This document shows, piece after piece, positions 26,901-40,353 of a DNA stretch of 64,000 bases. Under the pieces are notes generated by a model. The model was not told the origin of the DNA. It was given only the letters and a program-made list of their open reading frames with translations, and did not search any database. A program made the position numbers and the translations under genes. Position 1 is the stretch's first letter, and each line of letters opens with the position of its first letter. This DNA is from Takakia lepidozioides (lineage: Eukaryota > Plantae > Bryophyta), in NCBI GenBank assembly GCA_030704615.1, contig CM060731.1, positions 71,176,001 through 71,240,000 on the forward strand, in the 5' to 3' direction.

Positions 26901-28462
26901 GGCATTCTGTGGTGGTATGGCCTTCATTCTGGCACTTTGCACACCATACACCCTTCCTCCAATGTGTTGCAGCCTCTGTGGCATACTTCTTCAAGATTTC
27001 TTCCAATTTTTTTTCATAGTTATCCCTCTTCAACTTCTCCTTTCTCTTACTCTTTCTTTTTAGTTCTTGCTCTTCTTCTTCATCTGACTCATCCTCAGAG
27101 TCCTCATCTTCTTTTTTTCTCTCTCCTGAGCATTCCCAATTGCTCAATTCTGTTCGCAGTTTCAAATGCCTCCTCCACTGTATTATGGGGTAACATATCC
27201 ACTTTCTTTTGCAACTCTGGTCTTAGTCCACTCACAAACCAAGTCTTCTGTAAACCGGGCGCTGGTACTGCAGCCAGCTTTTTCATCATCAATTCCATCT
27301 TCTCCATATACTCTTCAACAGTTTCATGCTTCTTCTGCTTCAGCTGTTGTAAACTTCCATACACTTCATCCTCAGTTTTACTTGTCCTGAACCTATTTCG
27401 AAATGCTGTATTCAAGCCATTCCAGGTTAGGAAATGATTATCAGGGAATCTTGCATACCATTCACTTGCTTTCTTGATAAGTGAACAAGGAAACAGTCTC
27501 ATCTTGGCATCATCGCCATTCTCATTGTTCACTATACACATGTGCTCAAATTGGCTAATGTGTACATCGGGATCCCCTTTTCCTGAATATATTGGAAAGG
27601 GTGGTTTTGCCCGTGTTGGTTGTAACGCCATCTGTGGCCCTACCTTCTGCCCACTGACAGGTGCTGGCACCCTTGCTGGTGCTGGTCCTTCTGGACCTGT
27701 TGTTTTTGTGGTGGATCTTCCACCAAGTGGTGGCCCTTGAGCACTCCTTGCTTCTGGCCCACGATATTCACAGTATTCCCAGCTTCAGTTGCACTACTTC
27801 CCACACTCCCTGTCCCCCCAGAGCCAGATCCAGGCAGCCCGCCTGATCCCCCTGAGCCGACACCTTCGTTGGCCTGTGATCCAAGTGCTCCACTTGATCC
27901 AGGTCCAACGGGTTGGGATGTCCTGGTTGTAGTCTCAACCTCAGCTGTTGGGTCTACTTCTTCATATTCTTCCTCTTCTAATTTCTTCTCTCTGTTTTCA
28001 TCCTCCAAGTTCTGCCCTTGGGTTTCTTCTTCACTCATGTAACTCAACTGTAATGGTGTTGGAGAGTCTGAACTCTCCGTTGGCTCTGCCACATCCTCTT
28101 CTCCTTCTTCATCTTCTGCTTCAGAAACTGGAGTTCCTGCTTTTGGTGTTCCATGCCAACTCTTATCAAAGATTTCTGTCAAGTCTTTTATATCCAAGGA
28201 TGTACCTCAGATCTTTCACCTCGTGATTGATCTTCTTCCTGTACCAATTCCCTTAATCTTTCTTGCAAAGAACAGAAGGAGTGGCATCCAACTCTAGTTC
28301 TTCCGGTATAGGTGATGCACTTTTTGATCTTGATGGTGTGAGAGGTCCAGATGATTCCCCTATGTCTATTCCTCTCTCCCAAAGATATGGATAATTAGCT
28401 TTCAGATAGCTTTCTCTTTTTGATGAATATCTCTGTCGTCTAGCTTCTCTTTCATCACTCAT
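23940..28462 (-). pseudogene. gag-PR-RT-RH of copy 2 (frameshifted, no integrase)
   Basis: ORF fragments nearly identical to 2311-6860. The RNase H end is fused directly to post-integrase sequence. Confidence 0.93.
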
Positions 28463-28483
28463 GTCCCATGTCTTTCATTTCTT

Positions 28484-29180
28484 TTAATGTGGCAATAACC
28501 AAAACTCTCTTCTGTAATATCTCTCGTATATGCCTGGGTTTCTTTCAAGCTTCAATGCACCCTTGGCTATACTTGAAGTCTCCGTTACCATATAACCATA
28601 TGGCAAACAAGTCTGAAAAGCTGTTCTTGGTGTGAGTTTGATCCACAAAATATCCTTTGGAATCCAATTCTTTACCAGTACAAGCTCTTCATGCATATGA
28701 GTATAAACATTCACCTTTCTTTCTTTCCCAGCCTTCAAACTCTACTCGTTTAATGGATAGCAACGCTATCACATAAACTAATGTTGGTAACCAATGTGCT
28801 CTTCCTCTACAGGCTACCTGATAAATCTTTATCACTCCTTTCTCCAGACCCCATTCTGGATCAGCATCATGCACTCGTTTAAGAATATTTTCTTTACATC
28901 CGTCTGGCAATTCCAAGAACCTTTGAAAGAATTGTTTGGACAATCTTTCTTCCCTCGTTCCACAGGGAATTTGATTCACTTCAAATTCTTTAATGGTCCA
29001 ACCACCATGATCCCACCAGATGCCTGTCACATCTGGTTGTTCATGTCCCAGGTCCCCAGTATGGTCGCCAAATGTCGCGCGGCTTTTACTCACCCATCCC
29101 TTCGCTATCCGAGGCGGAAACTCCAAGATAGAAGAGTTGGAAATCTCTAAGTACTCAGCCCGCGCAGAACAATCAGTCAT
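28484..29180 (-). pseudogene. ORF0 of copy 2
   Basis: ORFs 28689-29180 and 28484-28738 are separated by a single 1-bp indel in an A-rich run. Confidence 0.55.
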
Positions 29181-29999
29181 GACCTACAGCTAGTGTATCA
29201 TGGGGGTGTTTCCTATTTGTTTCCCTTTCCGCATTCATCTTAGCTACCTTACCATTGATAATTAAGTATAGTTTACTTCATCAATCTATCGGTTTCTTCA
29301 CTCATCCATTCAATCCACAGCTTCACTCAGATCTCTCTACACAGTGTGATTGTATCGTGTAAGTATCAGATTATGATTTATCAGGTATCAGGCCGAAGCC
29401 ATTATGTCTCTAATCTGCTCTACAATATCACTACCGCTTTGCATATAACAAGCATCTACTAATCCTCTTTCCTCCTTCACCGTGCTCTCCATCTTTTGCC
29501 TCCGATCTCCGCTCCAGCCTCACTCAGAAGTCCTCCTCCGAATATCCCCTTCATTCCCCGTTTCCCTTTATCCTCCTATCCGCGGTTCTAACCGTTTCCC
29601 TCTCTAACCGTCGTCTGTGAACTAATGTTCCCTTCACAGGTGTTGTTCCCCACAGTCGTTCCCTGTCCTACTCTTCGTTCCCTATTATCGTGACAGCTGT
29701 GTCAAGCGGTGACTGGCTGTGTTTGGCTGTGTCGGGCTGTGACGGGCTGTGACGGGCTGTGTTGGCTGTGTGGGCTGTGACGACTGTGACGGCTGTGTGG
29801 GCTGTGTGGCTGTGACGACTGTGACGGCTGTGTGGGCTGTGACAACTGTGACGGCTATGTCGGCTGTGACGACTGTGTAACCCCCCTCTACAGTGCGCTG
29901 CTGTCACCCCTAAGGCTCCTGTTGGTCTCAGTCTGTGCAAAATTAAGGGTACCCTACAGATCCCGTATAAGTGTCTAAGTCCCCTACAGTCCTCTAACA
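29073..29999 (-). repeat. 5' LTR of copy 2
   Basis: Followed on the minus strand by the PBS TGGCGACCATACTGGGGA. Confidence 0.95.
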
Positions 30000-30004
30000 T
30001 TGTC

Positions 30005-30620
30005 CTCCATTTGCTGTTTGGCTCCCTCAAGGTGTACGGGATCATCTCTCAATTCAATCAGATGGGCTTGATCCTACAACACGTGAGGAATTACTGGATC
30101 TTTCAAGGCCTCCATCATTTACTGCCCTGTCATTCAAGAGTATGACAGCGTATGGTAACCATTATAGGGTTACATCCCCCGCATGAACACAACAAGTATG
30201 GTGTCTTTTGATTGTGGAGTCTCATCTGTTTTCCAGCACCAGCCCATTACCAACAATTCAGGCAATGACATGGAGGAACCTACAAGATATGTGGGTCTTA
30301 TAAGGGAGATTTTGCAAATTGACTATGGCCAAACACAGCCTATAGTGTTTTTGTGTTCGTGGGTACGGGCGAGTCGCGTGGGTCGTCAACCTATGTCAAT
30401 GAAGCAGGATGATGCTGGCTTCACACTTGTCAATTTTAACCGTATGCTTCCACCTTCTGAGCAACCTTTTGTGTTTCCTGGCCAGGTTGATCAAGTGTTT
30501 TTTTCTGATTGTGTGAAGGAGCCGGGGTGGAAAGTCGTCCTGGATAAGAGCCCCGAGCACGTAGAGTGGTCTGCGACATATCAATTGATAATGATGATGT
30601 GGCGGAAGTGGAATGATTGT
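30005..30620 (+). pseudogene. CACTA Tnp2 transposase, 3' part (DUF4216-like)
   Basis: YVGLIREILQIDYG...VFLCSWV...DDAGFTLVN...EQPFVFPGQVDQVFF...GWKVV. Continues the gene split by Gypsy copy 2. Confidence 0.85.
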
Positions 30621-32197
30621 TAGCCCCACAAAGACTAGAGGAGACTCTGGTTACTGATGGCCCAACATCCAGCCGAGCAGTACCGGTAACTCCAGAGCAG
30701 GTGGCCTCATTGTACCTCCGAGCACCCCGTATATGTGGTGATGATGTTCAGCCAACCCTTGGACAAGATCAAGTCTGTGATGAAGACATGATACATGTAG
30801 TGACCCAGACATAGATGAGGATGATGAAGATTAGATATGTGCAATTTGTGCACTCTAGTTATAGACCATGCATGATAGTTTAAGGTGGTAACTCCCTTCG
30901 CATTCCCATTAAGATATCATGCTTGGACACTGGATTTTATGATCAATTATAGAGTGCTTTCCTTTCAGCACCCTTTATTCATTTGTTGTTGCAATTGGCT
31001 TTGGACCAACCCGTGCTGGTACCATTGCCATGGATTCTGCCTGCAATGTTTTCTTGCCATGGATTTGGCACACGCCACGAAAGGCCATCCAGACCATCCT
31101 CTGGAAATGCTCCAATGTTGTTTCAAACATCTCCACATTGCAATGGATACAACACTGACATTAGATGAGTGAAAGTGAGACTAGGCCTCCAGCCAGCCGG
31201 CTTTCCCACATCAAATTGAAGGGGATCTGTAGATTATAGATAACGGCTGTTGCCTTCTCAATGTCTTTCCAATCACCTCTGCAATGAACTGGGGTATAAG
31301 ATCCTTCAAATCACAAGTTGAGCATCACGCACAAGCCACTTACGGGGATAGAGTTTCCAATGCGAACCATTGGTCTTTTATTGATAGCATTGTTGTAAAA
31401 TACATGGACCAACATGGTCAATTTCGGGAATGACATATAGTACGCTTTCATGTACTATGTAAGCATGCAACTATGTATCAGTGACGTGGCTTGTTCGCCA
31501 CTTAACCTGTTTGCCCATTTAGCCAGCTCCACATTGTCATGGATTTTGCATGTTGGATTGTGAGGCAATCCACACCGTCCTCTGGAAATGCTATCATGGG
31601 GTTTCAGCTATGTCCACATTTCCCTGGATTATGCCTGCACGAAGCAAGGCCAACCGCATTCAGTACCCTCCACTTTATTATAGTATTGCAGCACATTCAA
31701 AGCACTTCAATTTGTATCCATCGAAAACATCTAGGCTGGAAAAAGACATTGTTGCAGCAGAACTTAGGAAAGTACTTCTCCCCTTCCACTACACACGTGA
31801 AATGAAAGAAGCCAACCAACAGCATACCAGCCAAAAAATATGAAACCAGCCAAGAAAAGAGCCAATATATGCAGTGAAGGTCGACACTAAATGAAACTTA
31901 TCCAACACTTACATTAGAGGAGGGAAGCTAAGTCTTACCTCCATAAGCTTGCCCACATCAAATTTGGGAGCTTTCAGGATTTTTCCTTTCCGGTTGAATG
32001 AACTTGGCTACAAGATCCTTCAAATCACAAGTTTGAGCTTCACACACAATGAACTTGCAGGGATTGAGCTTCCAATGCGAACCATGAGTCTTATATTGAT
32101 AGCATTGTTGTAAAACACATGGACCAACAATGACAGTCTCTGGAATGACATATAGTACAATAATGACATATAGTACAGTAATGACATATAGTACAGC

Positions 32198-33030
32198 ATG
32201 CCGCTTCCAGTTGACCATCTACCCATGTAGGTTTCTTGTACCTATCATTCCCAGGGAATCATAGGTAATGTGGAGCTTGAAATCCAGCCCTCTTGGATGA
32301 ATCTGGACCCACACTCTATCCCTGCCCCTTCAGCTATCCATGCCTCTGACAGCCTACAATTCTACCAGCAAACACCCCAACCATACTGGTGTGGAGTTCT
32401 TCTCCAAAACACCCCAACCCTACTTATCACAATCTGAAATGCATCTGCTTCTCTCTGTAGTCCAACAGGCATTCGCCTTTTTGTCTCTATTTTCCCACCA
32501 TTGGGGTCAGAAAGTGTTCACCCCAAAGCTTCTCCTCACCTCTATTATATGTTTTTGGATACTTCCCTGCTGCCACTGGCAGTAACTTGCCAAAGTCACT
32601 CCAAACCACCACAGATCTACCCAACGACCTAACTTACAGAATTCAAATGCATCTTGCGGCCGAGTCTGATGAGAGGGCAACACAGGCTGAAATAGGTTGA
32701 AGAAGAAGGTGCCCTACCACATTGTCCTTGACCTGTCCTGACCCATGAAGGATTTGACCGATGACCTCTTGTTGTGTTGCTGTGTTCTGTAGTCAGGTAA
32801 TGTCGGATTGGTTTGTCAGATCGAACCACTATGGCGTAGATGAGTAGTCAGAGATTGAAACACGCAAGCTGACTCTCCCAAGAACAGCGAGCTCGCTTCT
32901 CCTCGTCTCGTCTCCTCCTCCTCTTCTCCTTCGTGCATCATTTGCTCAATGCCTCCATCCCATGCCCTTGCATATCCTGCTATCATCGCGTTCCATCCCT
33001 CAGCTATGTGGTGTGGCGGAAGGAGACAAA
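32198..33030 (-). pseudogene. PDF-motif / PPR gene fragment
   Basis: Same exons as 14740-15590, plus a WNAMIAGYA PPR remnant at about 32960-33000. Confidence 0.7.
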
Positions 33031-33149
33031 AAGACGTCAAGTCCGAGCCCTCCTTTCTGTTCACGATTACACTAATGGGCAACCTTATTAGCAATTTTTT
33101 TAACTTTTTTAAACCTAATGGGCAACCTTATTTGCATTATATGTGCCTT

Positions 33150-33470
33150 CAAAATGACACGTGTAGTGATGTAGTCGTATAGATAGAGCTCTGAAACCAT
33201 CTTCAGTCATGGAGTCATAAGATTCCATGAAACGTCGTCCACGTGTAGTCAAACATATCACACTAGTCATATAAACCATCCCTGTCATCATGGTCAACAA
33301 TGTTTGACCAATGCTCCCTAACTTTCCGAAGTCATGTAGTGATATCCATTACTACAAAGTCATAAAAAAAAAAACTGTAATGTATTTCAGCGCTCTGTAG
33401 TCATGTACCTAGTGCAGTTTTTATGACTCCGCCAAAGCCATAGTCCTAAAAACGCTCATCTCTTGTAGTG
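33150..33470 (-). repeat. CACTA terminal inverted repeat and subterminal GTAGTCAT repeats (left end, inverted)
   Basis: ...AAAAACGCTCATCTCTTGTAGTG ends at 33470 and is followed by AAT. Matches the TIR at 57685-57708. Confidence 0.85.
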
Positions 33471-33473
33471 AAT

Positions 33474-35942
33474 TTACATATTGAATCGTCGAGGACAATG
33501 TGGTGAGGGCACCTTCTTCGACCTATTTCAGCTTGTTTTGCCCTCTCATCAGACTTGGCCCTGAGATGTATATTGAATTCTGTAAGTTTTGGGTGGATCT
33601 GTGGTGGTTTGGAATGACTATGACAAGTAACTGCCGATGTGGCAGCAGAAAAGTATCCAAAACAGATAACAGAGATGAGGTAGGTGTGGAATGAATGCTT
33701 TGTTGACCCCAGTGAATGGTGGAACAATCGAGGCAAAAAGTTGAATGCCTACTAGATGACAGAGAGTAGCAGACGTAATTCAGCATAAGAACTAGTGTGA
33801 TTGGGTGTTTCCTAGGTTGTCATTGTCAGCTGCTAGCAGCAAGGGCAAGGATGAATGCATGATTTGTGCAGAGGCATGGATACCTGAAGGAGAAGGGATA
33901 GAGTGTGGGTCCAGATTCATCCAAGAGGGCCGGACTTCAAGCTCCAGATTACTTGTGATTCCATGTGGATCAATAGCTACAAGAAACCTAAATGGGTAGA
34001 TGGTCAACTAAAGGCAATAGCTGCAGCGGCACAATTGATAAAATCAGGCACGTCCTTAACCATGACCGCAGCTTGTGGAAAAGGATCAAGAGAGGGAGTC
34101 CACAATGCCTTTCTACGGGGCATGTGAAGATGCTTTGTGAGGTAGGCAGACTGACAAAGGCTCTAGGTCTGGAAGCTGGAATCAGGTGCACACTCACATT
34201 ATCCAAAGTGGATTCATGCCAAATGCTTTTTCTACTCAACACCCTTGTCAACATGTATGTTAAGTGCGGGAGCATCATGGATGCTTGCCAAGATTTCTAC
34301 AGAATGCCTCAGCGATCTTTGATCATGTGGAATATAATGTTGGCAGGATTTACCAAACATGGGTGTGGTAGGAATGCTTTGGCGACCTATGAGCAAATGT
34401 TGCGCAAAGGGGGTGCCCAACCACATCACGCTTCCGCATGTTTGCAATGTGTGTGCAAGCCTGGGACCACTGGAAAAGGGGAAAGAGGTCCATGGTGACA
34501 TCATCAAAGCTGGAATTGTACCAGATGTCATCCTGAACACTCCCCTGGTGGACGTCTGCCAAATGTGGGTGCATTAAGGATGCGAATGGAGTTTTCAACA
34601 CTATGGCTGAACCAAATGTGGTGTCATGGAACGCAATGCTTGCAGGGTATGCACAGCAGGGACATGGTATGCAGGCTTTGGAGACCTATGATCAAATGAT
34701 GGGGGAAGGGGGCGCCCCTTCTTCAATAGCACAACGGCTACAAGTGGGTAGATGGTCAACTGGAAACAGCAATGGCAGCAGCACAATTGATAGAACAGGC
34801 CCACTGCTAATGAAGGTACCTTCTTCAACATATTTCACCTTGTTTTTCCCCTGCTATCAGAGTCGTCCCTAAATTTTCATGTTGAATTCTACAAGTTAGC
34901 TCGTTGGTGGATCTAAGGTGTGTTGGAGTGATTTTTTTGACATGTTACTCTGCCAATGTGGTCGACAGGAAAGTATCGAAAAACAGATAATAGAGATGTG
35001 GAGAAGCTCTGGAATGAATATGGTTCCGACCCCAGTCAATGGTGGAACAATCCAGGCAAAAAGGTGAATGCCTGTTGGAAGCAGACGCAAGTCAGCATAG
35101 GAACTAGTGTGATAAGTAGGGTTGGGGTGTTTGCTGGAACAATTCTAGAGTGTTATTGTCAGCTGCTAGCATCAAGGCAAGGATGTATGCATGATTTGTG
35201 CAGAGGCATGGATAGCTGAAGGAGCAAAGAGCAGTGTGGGTCTAGATTCATCCAAGAGGGCCGGATTTCAAGCTCTAGATTGCCTACAATTTCCTATGGA
35301 AGCAGCACACACCTCGCACACACAAGAGGTCATCTTGGGTGCGTGGTCAGTCAAATCCTCCATGGGTCATGACACAAGGTTGAGGACAATGTGGTGAGGG
35401 CACCTTTTTCTTCGACCTATTTCAGCCTATTTTTCCCTCTCATCAGACCCAACCCTGAATTTGCATATTGAATGCTGTAAGTTAGCTCGTTGGGGGATGT
35501 GGGGTGGTTTGGAGTGACTTTGACAAGTTACTGCTGATGTGGCAGCAGGAAAGTACCCAAAAACAGATAACAAGATGAAGAGAAGCTTTGGGATGAACAC
35601 TTTCCGACCCCAGTCAGTGGGGGGACAATGGAGACAAAAGGTGAGTGCTTGTTCGACTACAGAAGAAGCAGTTGCAATTCAGAATTGGAACTACTGTTAA
35701 GTCCTAGGTTGGGGTGTTTTCTGGAAGAACTTCACACCGTCACTGTCAGCTGCTAACAGCAAGGCTGAGGGATGTATTCATGATCTGTACGCGGGCAAGG
35801 ATAGCTGAGGGACCAGGGATAGAGGTCCAGATTCATGTTCAAGTTCAGGCTGAGGGATCAATAGCTAAAAGAAATCAGCTGGAGTAGATGGTCAATTGTT
35901 GCAAGTGGAAACAGTAGCGGCAGCACAATTGATAGAATGAGG
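33474..35942 (+). pseudogene. Tandem PDF-motif + PLS-PPR gene fragments (three PDF units)
   Basis: EKLWNEYGSDPSQWWNNPGKK and IHPRGPDFK. PPR motifs NTLVNMYVKCGSIMDA, WNIMLAGF, GKEVHGDIIKAG and NVVSWNAMLAGYAQQG. Confidence 0.8.
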
Positions 35943-37957
35943 TGACACTTGTTCATATTATGACATAGGAGGCACGGTGACATTGTAGTGATGCAGTCAT
36001 ATTTACGTATGTATCTTATGATATAACACCCAATCAAACACGACATTTGTAACCATTGAAGTCATAGTTGCAGTCACTTACTTAGTCATATATGACTACA
36101 TGACTACACATGACCAATGAAAACACGACATGTGCATTAATTAAAGTGATAACGGAAGTGGCGTAGTCATAGTCACGTCTGTATCTTATGACTTCTTGAC
36201 TACAATCGCCCAACGAAATGTCGACATGTGGAGAAGATGATCGTTGCATTCAAAATTCAAACTAAAGTACTGAGGGGAAAGTGGCGATCTTACCGGAAGA
36301 GAACAGCGTTGGAGAAGAGATCCTCCCGTGTATCATGTAATGATTCCTCACTTTCCAACCACAGTACTTTTCCTCCATGACACTCATCGCAGTTGCATAA
36401 CATTTTTGTATGCCCTTCCTTGTGGCATAAGCTTCTTCCATTCGCCATAGACGGTCATCTATTCTACGCCTACGCATCGTTTCGCCACCTGCACTGTACA
36501 TGCTTTGACGTCACCCTTCCCTCTTTTGCATGCTACGCACAGTGCATTGTCTCTAGTTTTGCACCAGCTGCCAATGTGCTATTTCTATATCTATAGTATA
36601 CTATAAGTATCGTTTCTGAGTGTCCATGGTGAAGCGGAAGGGTCTTCGAAGTGACAGTCCCTCTCACTGAGTACGAGAAGTTTCGAGAGCGCCGGATTGT
36701 TGCCATAAAGGAGGTGAAGCAACGTTCAAGTAGTCGATAGATGGGTGAGTTTAGTTCCTGACTTTGGATACCCACCCACTAAACTTGCGATTCGCCTTAT
36801 CCTCTAACCTTCCTACAGCGATCATAAGCTTCATAGCACAAATGGGGGCGAGTAGCTGCGACTTGTACAAACAGAGAGGCAAACAACATGCAGTGAGTGA
36901 CGATTAGGTTTGAGAGGGTGTGTCATTAGGCGGGGAGATGTCCGCCGTCATTCGTGGGCAGCCATTACATCCTGGTAGGGTGCGCTGTGGTTCAGCGTAT
37001 AAAGTATTAGGGTATGTATGCTTGCATTTGTTTGTGATTGTTTGAGAGGGAGGTCATGGAGGTGTTTGTGCAGGCTTGCGGGAGCGAATCGCCCTCGCAA
37101 GCCACACGCTCCGAAGGAAAAAGCTAGGGATCAAGTTCTGCAAGGCAAATGCCAGACTGAAGACGATAAAACAACGATTCTGCATGAGGGCTCTTTTGAG
37201 GACGATGAGGACGATCCACTCCTCCCACGCCAGTGCGAGGCGAGTGCGTCGTCGGCGGATGCCACGACAAGCCAAGGAGAACAGCCCATGCTCATGTCGC
37301 AGGACAAAAACGCCCATCATCTACACTACGAACACCTTCCGTCTGTGAGTTATAGTTCTCTCACAATGCCATGATTCAAATTATGTATGTTTTTGGTAAA
37401 ATCACGAAGAGATAGGGTATGGTAAGATCATGAAGAGATAGGGTATGTCTGTCAAGACAGGGAAGTTGGACATGCAGGGGTCAGCCAATGCACAATCACA
37501 AGATGATTTCAACTAGACAAGTTGAAGTGCCAAAGGCATGATGTCAGGCCAATGTAGACTTTAGGTGTGTTCAAATTCTTTGCCCCATGAAACCAACATC
37601 CTGGTACTAAGCTACAATGGCTACTTATAGAGATACTTGGGTTACTTATGCACCCAGAATATCAGTAAAACTTGGAGGGATACTTCTCATGGACCCATCA
37701 GGTTAGTCCATTTGAATTCTTGCTATGGATTTCAGGAACACCCCATACCTAAGAGGGCTCAAAAATGTACTGGAGGACATCATTGGGCCAATCAAATTTG
37801 GGAGATTTACTGCCCAAGATCATACTGAGTTTTGGGTAATCTTGTCTTTACAAATGATATGTGCTTCCAGTTTGTTATATTGAATTCAAGGATTTGCTGC
37901 TTGCTGCCTATATGTATGTGTAATCACCCAAATTGTACTGGGGGAATTTCTTTTCAG

Positions 37958-39331
37958 GGCAAGCACAAGCGCACTGGATCCACGATCCCTACTGCTAGCA
38001 ATGGAGATGGCGCCCACAAGAACGCAGGAGGTGGCCCTAACTCTCCCATCGTTGTGGGTTTTGTGCCACCAGTACCCCCACCTTATTATGGTATGCCTCA
38101 GTACCCACAGTCTGGCACTTAGTATGGTCAGGGTCAATATGGTGCTCCTCCATATGGGCAGTATGGCTAGTATCCTCCTCCACCATATTTGCCACCCCCT
38201 AATAGCTATGGGGTGGCAGGCCACCGGAATATCCTCCTGCTTATGGATAGTATGGCCAGTATGGTCCTCGGCCTTCTGGCCAACAGCCATGGCCACCAGT
38301 CCCTACTTGGCAGGATCCTGCTTTGAATTCTCCTGAGCGCACGGAGGTCTCTGAAGGAGGGGAGGGTGCCGTTTCAAAGAATGATAGAACCAATGCTTTA
38401 AGAGGGCTAATAGCTCAGCCAAAATGAAGCTGCCAAGGTGAAGGAAGAGAGAATAGCTGCAGGTCTTCCTCCCACGGTGATTTTGACGAACCTCAACGCA
38501 GCCCCGTATGGTCAGACCCGGAATGTATGGCACGCTGCCCTTAAAGGACAGGCTTATCGCAAGCTAGATTGTTCCCTTGCCATCAACAACCAACCTGATG
38601 AAGTTGTATACGAAATCAGAGATCACCTGGCTAAGCTATTTTCATATACGCCACACAAGTTAAAAGACTTCCACCTAAAACAAACAATTGGCAGAATAAT
38701 GAAGAGCCAGCGTTATGAAGCACACACTGCGTGGTTGGGTGGTAAGGGGAACCCATTACTGTATCTGACGAGGTATGGAACAAGCTTGTAAGTTACTGGC
38801 AGACAGAGGTGTTCCACAAAGTGTCGGGCAACATGAAGAAGGCAAATGGTGCAATTCTGAATCCTACCAAGATTGGCCGTGGTGGGAAGGCAATGGTGGA
38901 AGCACGCTTGGTAAGTGGCATCATCACGACTCTGTATTTTGTTCCTCATTGAATTGCTATGTGTATATAGTCAGCCCTCACATTGCTTACTGACTTGTGG
39001 CATGGGTTTGTTTGTGGCATGGATTAATTTGTAGGAAACACTATCAGGGTGCCCTCCTATATTATATGAAATTCAAGAGGGTTCAGTGTCACGGTTGTCA
39101 GCTGGGAGTGACAGGCGGGTAAGTGTGTTTTCCACGTTTGCTAGAGTGGTTGCTGCATCATAGGTTGCTAGGGTTTTTTTCACGGCTTTTGGCCTGGGTT
39201 TTCTTTCCAATGGTTGTTCATGCTAGGTTTTTTTGGTTTGATTAATACTTGGGCAAGTTTTCATGGATTGGCAGGAGGGAAGTCTCGCATATTCTACAGT
39301 AGTTGGCAAGATGGATGGCTTGGACAAACGG
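37958..39331 (+). pseudogene. CACTA second gene (TnpA/Ptta-like), 5' exons
   Basis: P/Y/G-rich exon followed by APYGQTRNVWHAALKGQAYRKLD...IRDHLAKLF...IGRIMKSQRY, resembling CACTA ORF2 proteins. Interrupted at DGLDKR by the nested element. Confidence 0.55.
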
Positions 39332-39786
39332 GGGCTGCTATTTCATGAGACATGAGCCATGAGCGGCATGAGCCATGAGCAGAGTCGTAAGTGGGGAAAA
39401 AAACATGAGCAGCACTATTTTCCGGAAATGAGTGTCCGCGGAATAGGGTTTAGGGTGCCACGGTCATAGGGGGAGAGGACCTCCCGATGAAGGAGGTTCG
39501 GCAATGTTATTTAGAATTATATATTGAAAGGCAATGTTTTGCGAATGGTGCTGGTACTGCTCTGTACAATGGGGGCCATTTCAGCCTACCAGCCATTTGC
39601 AAATTCACCCACACTCCCAATCCCAAACGAAGATGAGCATGAAGCATTCTCGGAACGTGACAAACAGAAATAGAAATAAAAGAGGGCCACAATGAGAGTT
39701 TTTTATTGATCCACAGATTGCATTGAAGCACGTCTACTGTGCTGATTGTGCCATCAATCTTGAGCCCTGTGCATACTGAATACAAG

Positions 39787-40353
39787 TCAGTTGTCAATGG
39801 GAACTTCGACTGCTCTCAGAAACTAGCTCATGAGTCATGGGCTCCTCCATGTAAAGGCGATTGCCAGCCGTTGTTACCGCCCCCCTAGTGATGTCACCAC
39901 AATGCCTGCCTTCAATCATACCACCATCGAATATGGAAAATCTTCACGTTTTCGTCGTCCACACCAATGCGAAGTCCCCATACAATGGAGAAGAGGAGCG
40001 CACTCCTCGAGGAGAATAGGTCTCTCCGATGGAGTCCACCCCGTCAGTGGCAGCAGTTCCACCGCAACAGCATAGCAGTGCGCCTTTTCTGCATGGGTGA
40101 CGTTCGTAGCTGGGAAAATCGGAATCGAGGATGCGCAGGAGCCACGGACTCCTCAGACCAAGATCGTCACCCCGCTCGAAGGCGTAGTGGCCTACGATAT
40201 ACTCAAAAGCCACCAATGTTTTCCACAATGAACCAGTATCTTCTGTTTGTAATCTGTGTACCAGATAACAATGTCTCCCGATGTGGCCGAATACATTGCA
40301 TAATCGATGCCTCCAAAAGGGCAGTCGTCCGGTTCCGGAAGGAAGCACGGCAT
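39787..40353 (-). pseudogene. Unknown ~190-aa protein, paralogue A (frameshifted)
   Basis: MPCFLPEPDDCPFGGIDYAMY..SGDIVIW, FEYIVGHYAFERG, PWLLRILDSDFPS, RWNCC, PLYGD, DGGMIEG and LRAVEVP. Colinear with 40906-41484. Confidence 0.75.

Larger units (their letters stand above)
18338..29999 (-). mobile_element. Ty3/Gypsy LTR retrotransposon, copy 2 (integrase deleted), TSD TTGTC
   Basis: Direct LTRs at 29073-29999 and 18338-19283. PBS at 29053-29070 and PPT at about 19287-19299. TTGTC occurs at 18333-18337 and 30000-30004. Confidence 0.97.
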
